Shown here piece after piece: positions 38,503 through 47,612 of a stretch of DNA of 64,000 nt (position 1 is its first letter; the number at the start of each line of letters is the position of its first letter). Source of the DNA: an uncultured delta proteobacterium. GTDB taxonomy: Bacteria; Desulfobacterota; DSM-4660; Desulfatiglandales; HGW-15. The translations under genes were made by a program, and so were the position numbers. Under the pieces are notes generated by a model. That model did not search any database. It was given only the letters and a program-made list of their open reading frames with translations, and was not told the DNA's origin. Location: positions 22,864-86,863 of the forward strand of contig CAVUFY010000011.1 of assembly GCA_963740905.1 (NCBI GenBank). The letters run 5' to 3'.

Positions 38503-38937
38503 TTAAAACCTTGAAACAATATAATTGACAATGGATTCTGAAGTGCTCTGGGGCGGAAAAATTTCGGATACCCCCTTTTCCTTTAATTCCTTTACCCGGT
38601 GTTTTGGAATGGTACCTCCGCATATAACACAGATGTCCTCCAGATTGTTCTTCTTCAGGAGGTCCATCAGGTCGCCAATCTGGCCGTAGTTCGATGCGTG
38701 GCTGCTTATCCCGATCACGTCCACGTCCTCTTGAATAGCTGCCTGGACGATCATCTCCGGCGTCTGATAGATTCCGAGATACACCACTTCCATCCCGGCT
38801 TCCATAAGAAACCTGCATACGACTTCAGCACCTGTGCTGTGTCCGTCGAGTCCGATTACGGAAATGAGAACCTTGATTTTCTGCCCTTTGCCCATAATTC
38901 CACACCCTTTGTTTGTTTCACTTCGAAAATCTCTCAT
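38503..38937 (-). CDS. Cobalamin-binding small subunit of an acyl-CoA mutase
   Basis: GLDGHSTGA (DxHxxG), GMEVVYLG..QTPE, IGISS and GGTIP; ATGA overlap with the large subunit (alternative start 38895). Confidence 0.92.
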   Translation of the reverse strand: MRDFRSETNKGCGIMGKGQKIKVLISVIGLDGHSTGAEVVCRFLMEAGMEVVYLGIYQTPEMIVQAAIQEDVDVIGISSHASNYGQIGDLMDLLKKNNLEDICVICGGTIPKHRVKELKEKGVSEIFPPQSTSESIVNYIVSRF

Positions 38938-40553
38938 TCGAAATCAAAGGGACACCCGATCATTTCGAGCGGATCATAACTCAGCCCTCGGGCTTTCCGG
39001 ATCACCCCCATGATTTCACCCGCCGTGGCATAAACCTTGACGGCCTCGATGATGGACGGCATCAGATTATACCTATCTTCCTTCTTTGCATCCGAATAGA
39101 GCTCCGCCATCCTCTTTTCTAATAGAGGCATATTCCGTGTCTTCTTCCACTCTTCCATGCGTCTCGCAATGTCTTCCGAGTCTTCGGCCTGCAGTTCCTG
39201 TATGGGGATCTGATAATCTTCTTCAGGGGGGATGATCAACTCATTGACCCCCACGATCAACCGATCTCCCCTTTCCACCTCTCTGTGTTTTTCCTGGGCC
39301 GACTCCTTCAGCATCTCCTGAATATACCCCTTGTGCACAGCCGCAATCATCCCGCCCAGAGCTTCTATCTTGTTCCAGATCTTATAGGCTTCCTCCTCCA
39401 CCTTGTTGGTCAGGTACTCTACAAAGTAAGAACCTGCGAGAGGATCCGCTACGTCCGTCACCCCGGTCTCATTAGCCACGATGTGCTGGGTATTCAGAGA
39501 CATCCTCGCTGCCAGCGGCGATGGTTCGGCATGAGCATTATCCAGGCACGCATTATCTATGGCCGTGCAACCCGCGATGGCTCCGGCCAGTGTCTGGATA
39601 GCACTTCGTGCGATATTGTTGAGCGGCTGCTGATAGGTCATCGTACGTCCCGATGTGTGGACCGATATGAGTAGATGACAGGACTTTTCCTTTTTGGCCT
39701 TAAACGTCTCCTTGGCCATCTTCGCCCACATCCTTCGAAGCGCCCGGATTTTGGCTATCTCCTCGAAGAAACGGGACCCCACACTTACAAGTTCATAGGG
39801 CAGGAAAGCGACGTCGTCGAAATCAAGGCCTCGCTCATGGACCAACAAGGCGCAGAGTTCCTTGAGCATCGCCATCTCCACAGCGAGCGCCTGTGCATTG
39901 TTGCCGCCGGACTCCTGAAAGTGCTGGCTCAGAATACCCGATCGCATATGTATCTTGTTTCGAACAATGTATTCGGAAGAATCCAGCCATAGTTTTAGAT
40001 CAAGATCCAGAGGCTGAGCGTCTGTCTGCCCGAAGGTGTTGCAGAAGGGATACTCCGTGACGCTGCCGTGCACGTCGTTCAGGTTCACTCCTCGCTTCTC
40101 GGCCAGAGCGACAAGATAGGCCAATCGTACGGAGGACATCGCGCATGAACCTAACAGGGTTATGGATTGTCCGGTCAGGGGAATGCCATCCATGAGTTCC
40201 TCGAATTCGACTAGCGAGGCCCCCGGCCATCCCAAGACCCCTGCCTCTCTTCTGCCGACCGGATGATCGGGATCGATGGGCATCGCATTCGTCCTATCGC
40301 AAATGACCAACATCCCCCCCCTTTGCCCCATCTCCCGGTACCGCTTGAGCACCTCGTTGGTCTGTCTGGAAGATCCGAGCCCGGCGGTCATTCTCCTCGT
40401 CCATATTCGACTGCGGTACCCCTCCGGGTAGTAGCCGCGAGTATAAGGATAGGAACCGGGATCACCCAGGTCTCTCTCGTAGTCGAGGTCCTCAATATCT
40501 TTCGGCGTGTAGACCGACTTGATCGGATGCCCGTAATCAGTCTCCCGTTTCAT
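38934..40553 (-). CDS. Divergent B12-dependent acyl-CoA mutase, large (substrate-binding) subunit
   Basis: PGSYPYTRG, FFEEIAKIRALRRMWA, QQPLNNIAR, ADPLAGSYFVE and IVGVN; active-site residues are non-canonical. Confidence 0.92.
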   Translation of the reverse strand: MKRETDYGHPIKSVYTPKDIEDLDYERDLGDPGSYPYTRGYYPEGYRSRIWTRRMTAGLGSSRQTNEVLKRYREMGQRGGMLVICDRTNAMPIDPDHPVGRREAGVLGWPGASLVEFEELMDGIPLTGQSITLLGSCAMSSVRLAYLVALAEKRGVNLNDVHGSVTEYPFCNTFGQTDAQPLDLDLKLWLDSSEYIVRNKIHMRSGILSQHFQESGGNNAQALAVEMAMLKELCALLVHERGLDFDDVAFLPYELVSVGSRFFEEIAKIRALRRMWAKMAKETFKAKKEKSCHLLISVHTSGRTMTYQQPLNNIARSAIQTLAGAIAGCTAIDNACLDNAHAEPSPLAARMSLNTQHIVANETGVTDVADPLAGSYFVEYLTNKVEEEAYKIWNKIEALGGMIAAVHKGYIQEMLKESAQEKHREVERGDRLIVGVNELIIPPEEDYQIPIQELQAEDSEDIARRMEEWKKTRNMPLLEKRMAELYSDAKKEDRYNLMPSIIEAVKVYATAGEIMGVIRKARGLSYDPLEMIGCPFDFE

Positions 40554-40575
40554 CTTCTCTCCTCTCAGTGAGACG

Positions 40576-40592
40576 ACTGAATCTCATTCAGT
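40576..40592. promoter_or_regulatory. Candidate operator palindrome upstream of the mutase
   Basis: ACTGAAT-CTC-ATTCAGT, ~23 bp upstream of the mutase ATG. Confidence 0.45.
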
Positions 40593-41020
40593 ACTTTGAA
40601 AAATGATCAAAAACAACTGACATGTAGACTTATTAATAGAGAATAGCCTCCCTCCACTGTCAAGAAATTTTTAGAGACGCATCTGTTATCCTTCGCGTGT
40701 TGGACTCGGAGTCTTAAGCTGTAACTTCTTCGCGAGTTCCGAAGAAGTCCCATGTTGCCGACCCATGGGTCGGTCGCCGAGTAACGTTCGGTTGTGGCCA
40801 AAGGCCTGCATTGGAGTTTCGCAGGGCAAAGCAGGACCCAGGTTTTTCTTGACAGTCCCTCGGATTGAATAGTAAAAACACAGCGGACATTTTGCACGAA
40901 GAACAGAACAAGGGGCAAAGGTGCGGTTTGTACGAATGCGTTCAGGCCGTGACGGAAGGATCGGATGAGTTGCTCAGCACGCAGGAGATGTGGCCGCAAG
41001 CTGTCACGGAAGGAAGTGCG

Positions 41021-42391
41021 ATGAGCTTAGAACACGAACTCGTGCGGTTCGTTTGCCGCGCCGCTTATGACGATCTGAAACCTGAACTGCTTCACATCAT
41101 CAAGAACCAGCTTCTTACCGTTCTCGGCACCACCATAGCCGGCTCCACGCAGACCGGATGTCAAACCTTAATCGATTTTTACCTCTCCCAGGGTGGGAAA
41201 GAAGAAGCCACCATCCTCATACACGGAGGCCGCGTCCCGGCTAACGCTGCGGCCCTTGTGAACGGAGTCATGGCGAGGGCGCTGGACTTCGATGACGCCC
41301 TTGCGCCCGGCGTGCACATCGGGGCTTCGACCGTGCCGGCGGCTCTGGCAGCCGCAGAACTGCGCAGCGGCTTGAACGGACGGGAGTTTCTCACCGCCCT
41401 TCTCGTGGGCGCTGAGGCAGGCGTGCGCCTCAATCTGACCGAAGCGGCCTATAACGGACTGGATCCCACCGGTATTTGCACGGTGTTCGCAGCCACCGCC
41501 ACCGCCTCGCGGGTGCTCGGGCTCACAGAGGAGGAGACCTGGAATGCACTGGCACTGGCGTTCAACCGGGCGGGGGGGAGTTTTCAAAGCAACATCGACG
41601 GCTCGCTGGCCGTCCGGGTGATTCAGGGATGGGTGGCGGAATCCGGCGTGATGTGTGCCAGGCTGGCACGGGAAGGAATCACCGGCCCGAAAAACTTCCT
41701 GGAGGGCGTTTACGGTTACTACAATGTCTATGGAAAAGGGCTTGTCGATCCGGGGAATGCGCTGGCGGACATGGGCAATCGCTTCGAATGCGAAAAGATC
41801 CTCTTTAAGAAATACCCCAGCTGCGGGCTCACGCTGGGAAGTACCGATGTTATCCTGACCCTGATGCGCGAGACGGACGGGATGGATATCTCGGCCGACA
41901 GCGTGGAGAAGGTAAAGGTGAGGGTGCCCCCTTATTCTTACAAGCTCGTGGGCCACCCCTTTCGGATAGGCGCCACCCCAAGGGTGAACGCCCAGTTCAG
42001 CATCCGGTACTGCGTGGCAAACGCGCTCCTCCGCGGCAGCTCCAAGTTGGCTCACTTTGAGGAGGAGGCAATCCGTGACCCGCGGCTGCTGGAACTCGCC
42101 CTCCGGGTGGATGTGGAGATGGACCCGGCCATGGAAATTCGGGGCCATACGCCGGTGGACATGACGGTGCGCACAAAGGATGGGAGGGAGTTCTTTCGCC
42201 GAATCGATATTGCGCCCGGTTTTCCGGGCAATCCTCTCACGAGTGAGGAGCAGGAGGCCCGTTTCCGCGACTGTATCGCCTATGCCAAGAAGCCACTTCG
42301 TAAGGAGAACGTGGAGAAAATCGTAAAGACCGTGGGCCGCTTCGATCACCTGAACGATGTGCGCGTCCTGATTCCACTCCTTCTCCTCTAG
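41021..42391 (+). CDS. MmgE/PrpD family protein
   Basis: AALVNG..ALDFDD..GVH, GITGP..FLEG..G, KKYPSC, AQFSI and PGFPGNPL; start moved to MSLEHEL. Confidence 0.9.
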   Translation: MSLEHELVRFVCRAAYDDLKPELLHIIKNQLLTVLGTTIAGSTQTGCQTLIDFYLSQGGKEEATILIHGGRVPANAAALVNGVMARALDFDDALAPGVHIGASTVPAALAAAELRSGLNGREFLTALLVGAEAGVRLNLTEAAYNGLDPTGICTVFAATATASRVLGLTEEETWNALALAFNRAGGSFQSNIDGSLAVRVIQGWVAESGVMCARLAREGITGPKNFLEGVYGYYNVYGKGLVDPGNALADMGNRFECEKILFKKYPSCGLTLGSTDVILTLMRETDGMDISADSVEKVKVRVPPYSYKLVGHPFRIGATPRVNAQFSIRYCVANALLRGSSKLAHFEEEAIRDPRLLELALRVDVEMDPAMEIRGHTPVDMTVRTKDGREFFRRIDIAPGFPGNPLTSEEQEARFRDCIAYAKKPLRKENVEKIVKTVGRFDHLNDVRVLIPLLLL

Positions 42392-42418
42392 CCGTCCATT
42401 TCTTGCTCTGGAGGGCAT

Positions 42419-43972
42419 ATGAACCTTATTGACGTCGTTGCCAAGTTCGCCCGCATAAGCCCGTCAGGCGCGGCATTCGTCGAGGTTCGCCCCCTTTCGG
42501 GTGTTCGCCAAGAAATCAGCTGGGAGCGGTTCCACGACCGAACCAACAGGATTGCGAACCACCTTCTCCAAAAAGGAGTTCAGAGACAGGACAAGGTTTT
42601 TCTCCTCGGCAGGAATTCGATCCGATGGCTGGAGGCCTACTTTGCGATCCTGAAGACTGGCGCCTGGGCGGTTCCTCTCAACTTCAGATTCACCAACGAG
42701 GATATTCATTATTGCGCCCGTGTCGCGGAACCCTCGGTATTCATCTTCGATGAAGAGTATGCGGCAAGGGTAAACGCTCTTCGCGAAGAGCTTGCCACTG
42801 TCGTCCACTACTGTGTCATAGGACCCGATCGGGCCGACGAATCCGTCACGTTGGAGGATCTCGTCAGGAGCGGCTCGCCGCAATCGGTTCCCGTTGTGCT
42901 TTCGGACGAGGATGAATGTGCTCTCTATTTCACATCAGGCACTACGGGAAAGCCCAAGCCGGTGCTTCTTGGACAAAAAGCTCTCATGAGCGTCGCCGCG
43001 ACCGAGGCCGCAAATCACGGCTTTGTGTCGTCCGACCGGTTTTTGATGATGCCTCCCATGTACCACCTGGCCATCGGTCACCTGTTGGCCGTCATGTTGG
43101 CCGGAGGATGCTCGGTCCTCCTCACGGAAAAAATCTCCCCACGTACCATCGTCGAGACCATAGCCAGAGAGCGCCTATCGGCGGTATTTTTGCTTGTGCC
43201 GTGGGCCGTGGACCTTGTCAACGCCTTTGACAGGGGTGAAGTGAGAATCGAGGAGTACGATCTGAGCTGCTGGCGCCGGACCTTCATGGGAGCTCAACCC
43301 ATACCGCCGGTGGTGGTCCAGCGGATAAAGGGGTACTTCCCTGACATGGAATACGATACCACCTATGGATTAAGTGAAAGCGCCGGGCCCGGGGTCATTC
43401 ATCTGGGGACCGAAAACGAGAGAAAGGTCGGCGCCTTGGGCAAGCCAAGCCTCTTTTGGGACGCAAGAATAGTGGGAGAGAGCGGCGAAGACGTGCCTCG
43501 GGGCGAGGTGGGCGAAATCATCGTAAAGGGCGACGGATTGATGAAAGGATACTACAGGAACCGGGAGCTCACGGAAACCGTGATTCGCGGCGGATGGCTT
43601 CACACCGGTGATCTGGGCAAGATGGATGAGGAGGGGTTCATTTACCTCGTGGACAGGAAAAAGGACATCATCATCAGCGGTGGGGAAAACATCTATCCGG
43701 TGGAACTGGAAGCGGTCATCCTGAAGCACCCCAAGATTCATGATGTGGCGGCAATCGGCGCCCCGGATGACCGCCTGGGAGAGAAAGTGGTGGTGGTCAT
43801 CCAGCCGAAGACAGGCGAAACCTTGACCGAACAGGAGTTGATTCCCTTCTTTGAGCAGCAGTTGCCGCGTTACAAGCGACCGCGACAGGTCATTTTCGAT
43901 GAGGTGCCGAGAAGCCCGACCGGCAAGATCGAGAAGCCTAAGCTTCGGGCGAAGTACTCCGGAAATGCGTGA
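42419..43972 (+). CDS. Acyl-CoA synthetase (class I adenylate-forming)
   Basis: YFTSGTTGKPK, TYGLSE, GWLHTGDLG, DRKKD..SGGENIYP and PTGKI. Confidence 0.93.
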   Translation: MNLIDVVAKFARISPSGAAFVEVRPLSGVRQEISWERFHDRTNRIANHLLQKGVQRQDKVFLLGRNSIRWLEAYFAILKTGAWAVPLNFRFTNEDIHYCARVAEPSVFIFDEEYAARVNALREELATVVHYCVIGPDRADESVTLEDLVRSGSPQSVPVVLSDEDECALYFTSGTTGKPKPVLLGQKALMSVAATEAANHGFVSSDRFLMMPPMYHLAIGHLLAVMLAGGCSVLLTEKISPRTIVETIARERLSAVFLLVPWAVDLVNAFDRGEVRIEEYDLSCWRRTFMGAQPIPPVVVQRIKGYFPDMEYDTTYGLSESAGPGVIHLGTENERKVGALGKPSLFWDARIVGESGEDVPRGEVGEIIVKGDGLMKGYYRNRELTETVIRGGWLHTGDLGKMDEEGFIYLVDRKKDIIISGGENIYPVELEAVILKHPKIHDVAAIGAPDDRLGEKVVVVIQPKTGETLTEQELIPFFEQQLPRYKRPRQVIFDEVPRSPTGKIEKPKLRAKYSGNA

Positions 43973-44025
43973 GTTCCTGAGTAAGAAAGGTCCCCTTCCC
44001 GGGCACTATCCGTTCGAGAGGAAAA

Positions 44026-45681
44026 ATGCCGAGTCTCAAGTCCCATGCTCTCAGTTGCGACGTGTTGGTCATCGGGGGAGGCGGCGCTGCGCTAAGGGCG
44101 GCCATTGCTTGCAGAGAGACGGGAGCGGACGTTCTGGTGGTTTCCAAGACCAGAGTTGGATTCGGAAACAACACCTACCTTTCTAAGGCCTCCTGGGCTG
44201 TTCCCGGCCTTGGAGACCCGGAGGACAGCCACTCGGCACATGTGAAGGACACGCTGGCCGGCGGCCGCTTCCTCAACGATGAAAGAATGGTGGAACGGGT
44301 GGCCCAAGGCGCGCCGCGCCTAATTCCTTTCATGGAGAAGTGCGGCGTGCGTTTTGCAAAAAAGGACGGCCGAATGGTTTTCGACCGTGTTCCCGGACAT
44401 TCCTTCCCCCGCCATGTTCGTGGAGAGAATCGCACCGGGAGCGACCTGATGCTTCCCATCAAGGCGTACGCCACGCGCATCGGGGTTCGCGTCCTCGATA
44501 AGGTCTTCATAACAAGACTCATCCGGCGGAGAGATCAGTTGGCGGCCGCCGCAGGAATCTCTCAGGACGGCGTTTTCCATTCTATCGGATTTCGGTGCGC
44601 CGTGCTGGCCACCGGAGGATATGCCCGGATTTACCTTCACACCAACAATGCACCCGGGATCCAGGGAGACGGCCAGGCCCTTGCCTTTGAGCTGGGAGTG
44701 CCGTTGAAGGATATGGAATTCGTCCAGTTTTACCCCACCGCCATGGGAGAGGGGAGCGCGAGGCTCCTTCTCTATGAGGTGCTGATCTTCCGGGCCGGAG
44801 CGAGGCTCAAGAATGCCTCAGGGGAGGACATCCTGACAAAGCACGGTATGAATGACCCTGACACGCTGACCAGGGACCGTCTGTCGAGGGCCATCATGGA
44901 CGAGATGCGAAAAGGGCTTGGGGTTAAGGGGGGCGTGATCATGGACCTGAGCTCCATCCCGGAAGAAAGGGCGGCACCTTTATCTTCGCTGCTCCCTGCC
45001 GGATGGTCGCCCGATGAAAGAGAATTCATTGTCTCTCCTACGGCCCACTTCTGCATGGGAGGCGTGGTCGTCGATGCGGAGGCCGAGACCGCGATGGCGG
45101 GACTGCTGGCCGCCGGAGAGGTCTGCGCCGGTGTCCACGGCGCCAATCGGCTGGCGGGGAACGCCCTCTCGGAGGTCTTCGTCATGGGTGAGGTGGCAGG
45201 GACAAACGCGGCGCTGAGGTCAAAGGAAACCGCTCCTCCGCAGATTCCCCAGAATGAAGTCCGGGCAGAAAAGATTCGGCTGGAGTCCCTGTTTTCGGAA
45301 GCCGGTGAAGATGCAAAGAAACTCTGCCGCTTGCTCCAGTCGGTGATGTGGGAAAAGGCGGGGATCATCCGGAGCGCCGACAGTCTCAGTATGGCTTTGG
45401 CCCGTATCGAAGAGTTGGAGACCCTGAGCGGGAAATGCAGGGCCGAGAATCCGGTTCAGCTCATGAGGAGGCTTGACCTTCACAATATGTTGCTGGTATC
45501 GAAGATGGTGTGCAAGGCTGCGCTCTATAGAGAAGAGAGCAGGGGTGCTCATTTCCGCAGCGACTTCCCTCAGGAGAGAAACCCCGAATGGCAGAAGAAC
45601 ATTCTCATCCGGAAGGAAAACGGCCGGGAGATGATACTGGAGACCAGAGAGCGTGCGCTCCAGCATAAGAAGGGAGCTTAA
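44026..45681 (+). CDS. Stand-alone SdhA/FrdA/NadB-family flavoprotein
   Basis: IGGGGAAL, GHSFPR, LATGG, DMEFVQFYPT, TRD, AHFCMGG, GVHGANRLAGNAL and REESRGAHFR. Confidence 0.9.
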   Translation: MPSLKSHALSCDVLVIGGGGAALRAAIACRETGADVLVVSKTRVGFGNNTYLSKASWAVPGLGDPEDSHSAHVKDTLAGGRFLNDERMVERVAQGAPRLIPFMEKCGVRFAKKDGRMVFDRVPGHSFPRHVRGENRTGSDLMLPIKAYATRIGVRVLDKVFITRLIRRRDQLAAAAGISQDGVFHSIGFRCAVLATGGYARIYLHTNNAPGIQGDGQALAFELGVPLKDMEFVQFYPTAMGEGSARLLLYEVLIFRAGARLKNASGEDILTKHGMNDPDTLTRDRLSRAIMDEMRKGLGVKGGVIMDLSSIPEERAAPLSSLLPAGWSPDEREFIVSPTAHFCMGGVVVDAEAETAMAGLLAAGEVCAGVHGANRLAGNALSEVFVMGEVAGTNAALRSKETAPPQIPQNEVRAEKIRLESLFSEAGEDAKKLCRLLQSVMWEKAGIIRSADSLSMALARIEELETLSGKCRAENPVQLMRRLDLHNMLLVSKMVCKAALYREESRGAHFRSDFPQERNPEWQKNILIRKENGREMILETRERALQHKKGA

Positions 45682-45688
45682 CACCGCC

Positions 45689-46183
45689 ATGAAAGCGTCC
45701 TTTTTCGAGAAAGCAGTTGTGGGTTTTAGTTCTGTGTTCAATATGGTAGCATCCGTTTCGCTTGTAGGCATGATGCTGTTGACCTGCCTCGATGTTTTCA
45801 TGAGATATTTTTTCAGCAGTCCTCTTACCGGAACTTATGACATTGTAAGCCTTCTGGGGGCAATCCTAGCCGCTTTTGCCATGCCTTACACAATGCTGAA
45901 AAGGGGGCACGTGGCCGTCGAGATTCTGGTACAAAGCTTATCAAGGGGGAAGCAACTCACCATCGAGACTTTTACTCATCTCCTGGGCATTTCACTTTTT
46001 CTCGTGATGGTCTGGCAGGCTCTTCTTCTCTCCGCGGATATGAAGGCGGTCGGCGAGGTGACGCCGACCTTGCTTCTCCCCTTCTATCCCATCCTGGACT
46101 GCATGGCTGTTTGTTTTTTGGGTCTTTGCCTCGCCATTCTGGTCGATCTTATCCACATTTGGACGAAGAGAGTAAATCCATGA
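45689..46183 (+). CDS. dctQ: TRAP transporter small permease
   Basis: DVFMRY..PLTGTYDIV..GHVAVE; 4 TM helices. Confidence 0.9.
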   Translation: MKASFFEKAVVGFSSVFNMVASVSLVGMMLLTCLDVFMRYFFSSPLTGTYDIVSLLGAILAAFAMPYTMLKRGHVAVEILVQSLSRGKQLTIETFTHLLGISLFLVMVWQALLLSADMKAVGEVTPTLLLPFYPILDCMAVCFLGLCLAILVDLIHIWTKRVNP

Positions 46184-47484
46184 ATCCAATACACATCGGC
46201 ATCATCGGCGTCGTCTTCCTCATTGTTCTCCTGTTTTCGAAGTTTCCTGTGGCCTTCTGCATGGCTCTCGTAGGTCTTTTGGGCTTTGGGTATCTGGTGT
46301 CGCCCGCGGCGGCTCTCAATATCATCATCAAGGATTTCTATACGGTATTCAGTTCCTACGACCTGACCGTCGTTCCCCTGTTTGTCTTCATGGGGCAGAT
46401 TCTCTTCTACTCCGGAATCAGTCGCAAGCTTTACGATGCCGCCTTTACCTGGTTCGGGCATTACAAGGGCGGCCTTGCCATGGCAACGGTCGGAGCCTGT
46501 GCCGGGTTTTCCGCCATCTGCGGTTCTACGAATGCGACGGCGGCAACCATGGCCTCCGTCGCTCTGCCTGAGATGAAGCGGCTCCACTATCGTGACGAAC
46601 TTGCCGCAGGAGTGGTGGCGGCCGGGGGAAGCCTGGGCATTCTCATTCCACCCAGTGTGATCTTTATCGTCTACGGTATCATGACCGAGCAATCCATAGG
46701 AAAGCTCTTCATGGCAGGGATCCTTCCCGGAATCCTTCTTTCCTTGCTTTTCATCCTGACCATCTATATTTGGGTTTCCTTGCGACCCGACATAGCGCCT
46801 CGCGTAGAAAAGCAGAGTTTCAGGACGCGGATAAGGTCTCTTGCCGGTCTTGTTGAAATACTTCTTCTGTTCATTTTGGTTATGGGGGGACTCTTCATCG
46901 GTATTTTCACGCCCACCGAAGCAGGGGCCGTAGGCGCATTAGGGGGGGTTCTCATTCCTCTTGTAGGCAGAAGCCTTTCATGGAAAGGTTTTCTGCAGGG
47001 ACTGTATTCTTCGACGCGAACCACCTGTATGATTTTAATGATCGTCGCAGGAGCAACGGTCTTCGGACACTTCCTGGCGGTGACCACCATCCCCAGCACC
47101 CTGTCCACCTGGGTAGCAGGCCTGCCACTTCCTTCCTGGGGCATCATGCTTGTGATCATGCTCTTCTTTCTCCTGGGGGGATGTTTTATGGACGCCTTGG
47201 GCATGATCCTGTTGACCATTCCCATATTCTATCCCGTAGCCATGGCTATCGGCTATGACCCGATATGGTTCGGCGTGGTGATTGTGCTCGTGACCGAACT
47301 GGGTGTGATCACACCGCCGGTCGGCATCAATGTCTATGTGGTCAGCGGGATCGCCAGGGATATACCGCTGGAAGTCATCTTCAAAGGGGCTTTTCCGTTT
47401 GTACTGACCTTGGTCACGTATCTTGTGATCATGACAATTTTTCCCCAAATCGCTCTGTTTCTTCCGAGTTTTGTGGCCCGTTGA
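46180..47484 (+). CDS. dctM: TRAP transporter large permease
   Basis: VPLFVFMG, GSLGILIPPS, TPTEAG and ITPPVG; ATGA overlap with dctQ. Confidence 0.93.
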   Translation: MNPIHIGIIGVVFLIVLLFSKFPVAFCMALVGLLGFGYLVSPAAALNIIIKDFYTVFSSYDLTVVPLFVFMGQILFYSGISRKLYDAAFTWFGHYKGGLAMATVGACAGFSAICGSTNATAATMASVALPEMKRLHYRDELAAGVVAAGGSLGILIPPSVIFIVYGIMTEQSIGKLFMAGILPGILLSLLFILTIYIWVSLRPDIAPRVEKQSFRTRIRSLAGLVEILLLFILVMGGLFIGIFTPTEAGAVGALGGVLIPLVGRSLSWKGFLQGLYSSTRTTCMILMIVAGATVFGHFLAVTTIPSTLSTWVAGLPLPSWGIMLVIMLFFLLGGCFMDALGMILLTIPIFYPVAMAIGYDPIWFGVVIVLVTELGVITPPVGINVYVVSGIARDIPLEVIFKGAFPFVLTLVTYLVIMTIFPQIALFLPSFVAR

Positions 47485-47612
47485 TTTCATTTCTGTGACC
47501 GGCTACTGAACAAGATTACCGAAGGGACTTTCAACCCGAACGGTTTTCACAGCGGGTGAAAAAAGTGGGGGTTGTTGGCAACACAAACACCAAACAAATA
47601 GGAGGCAGCAAA

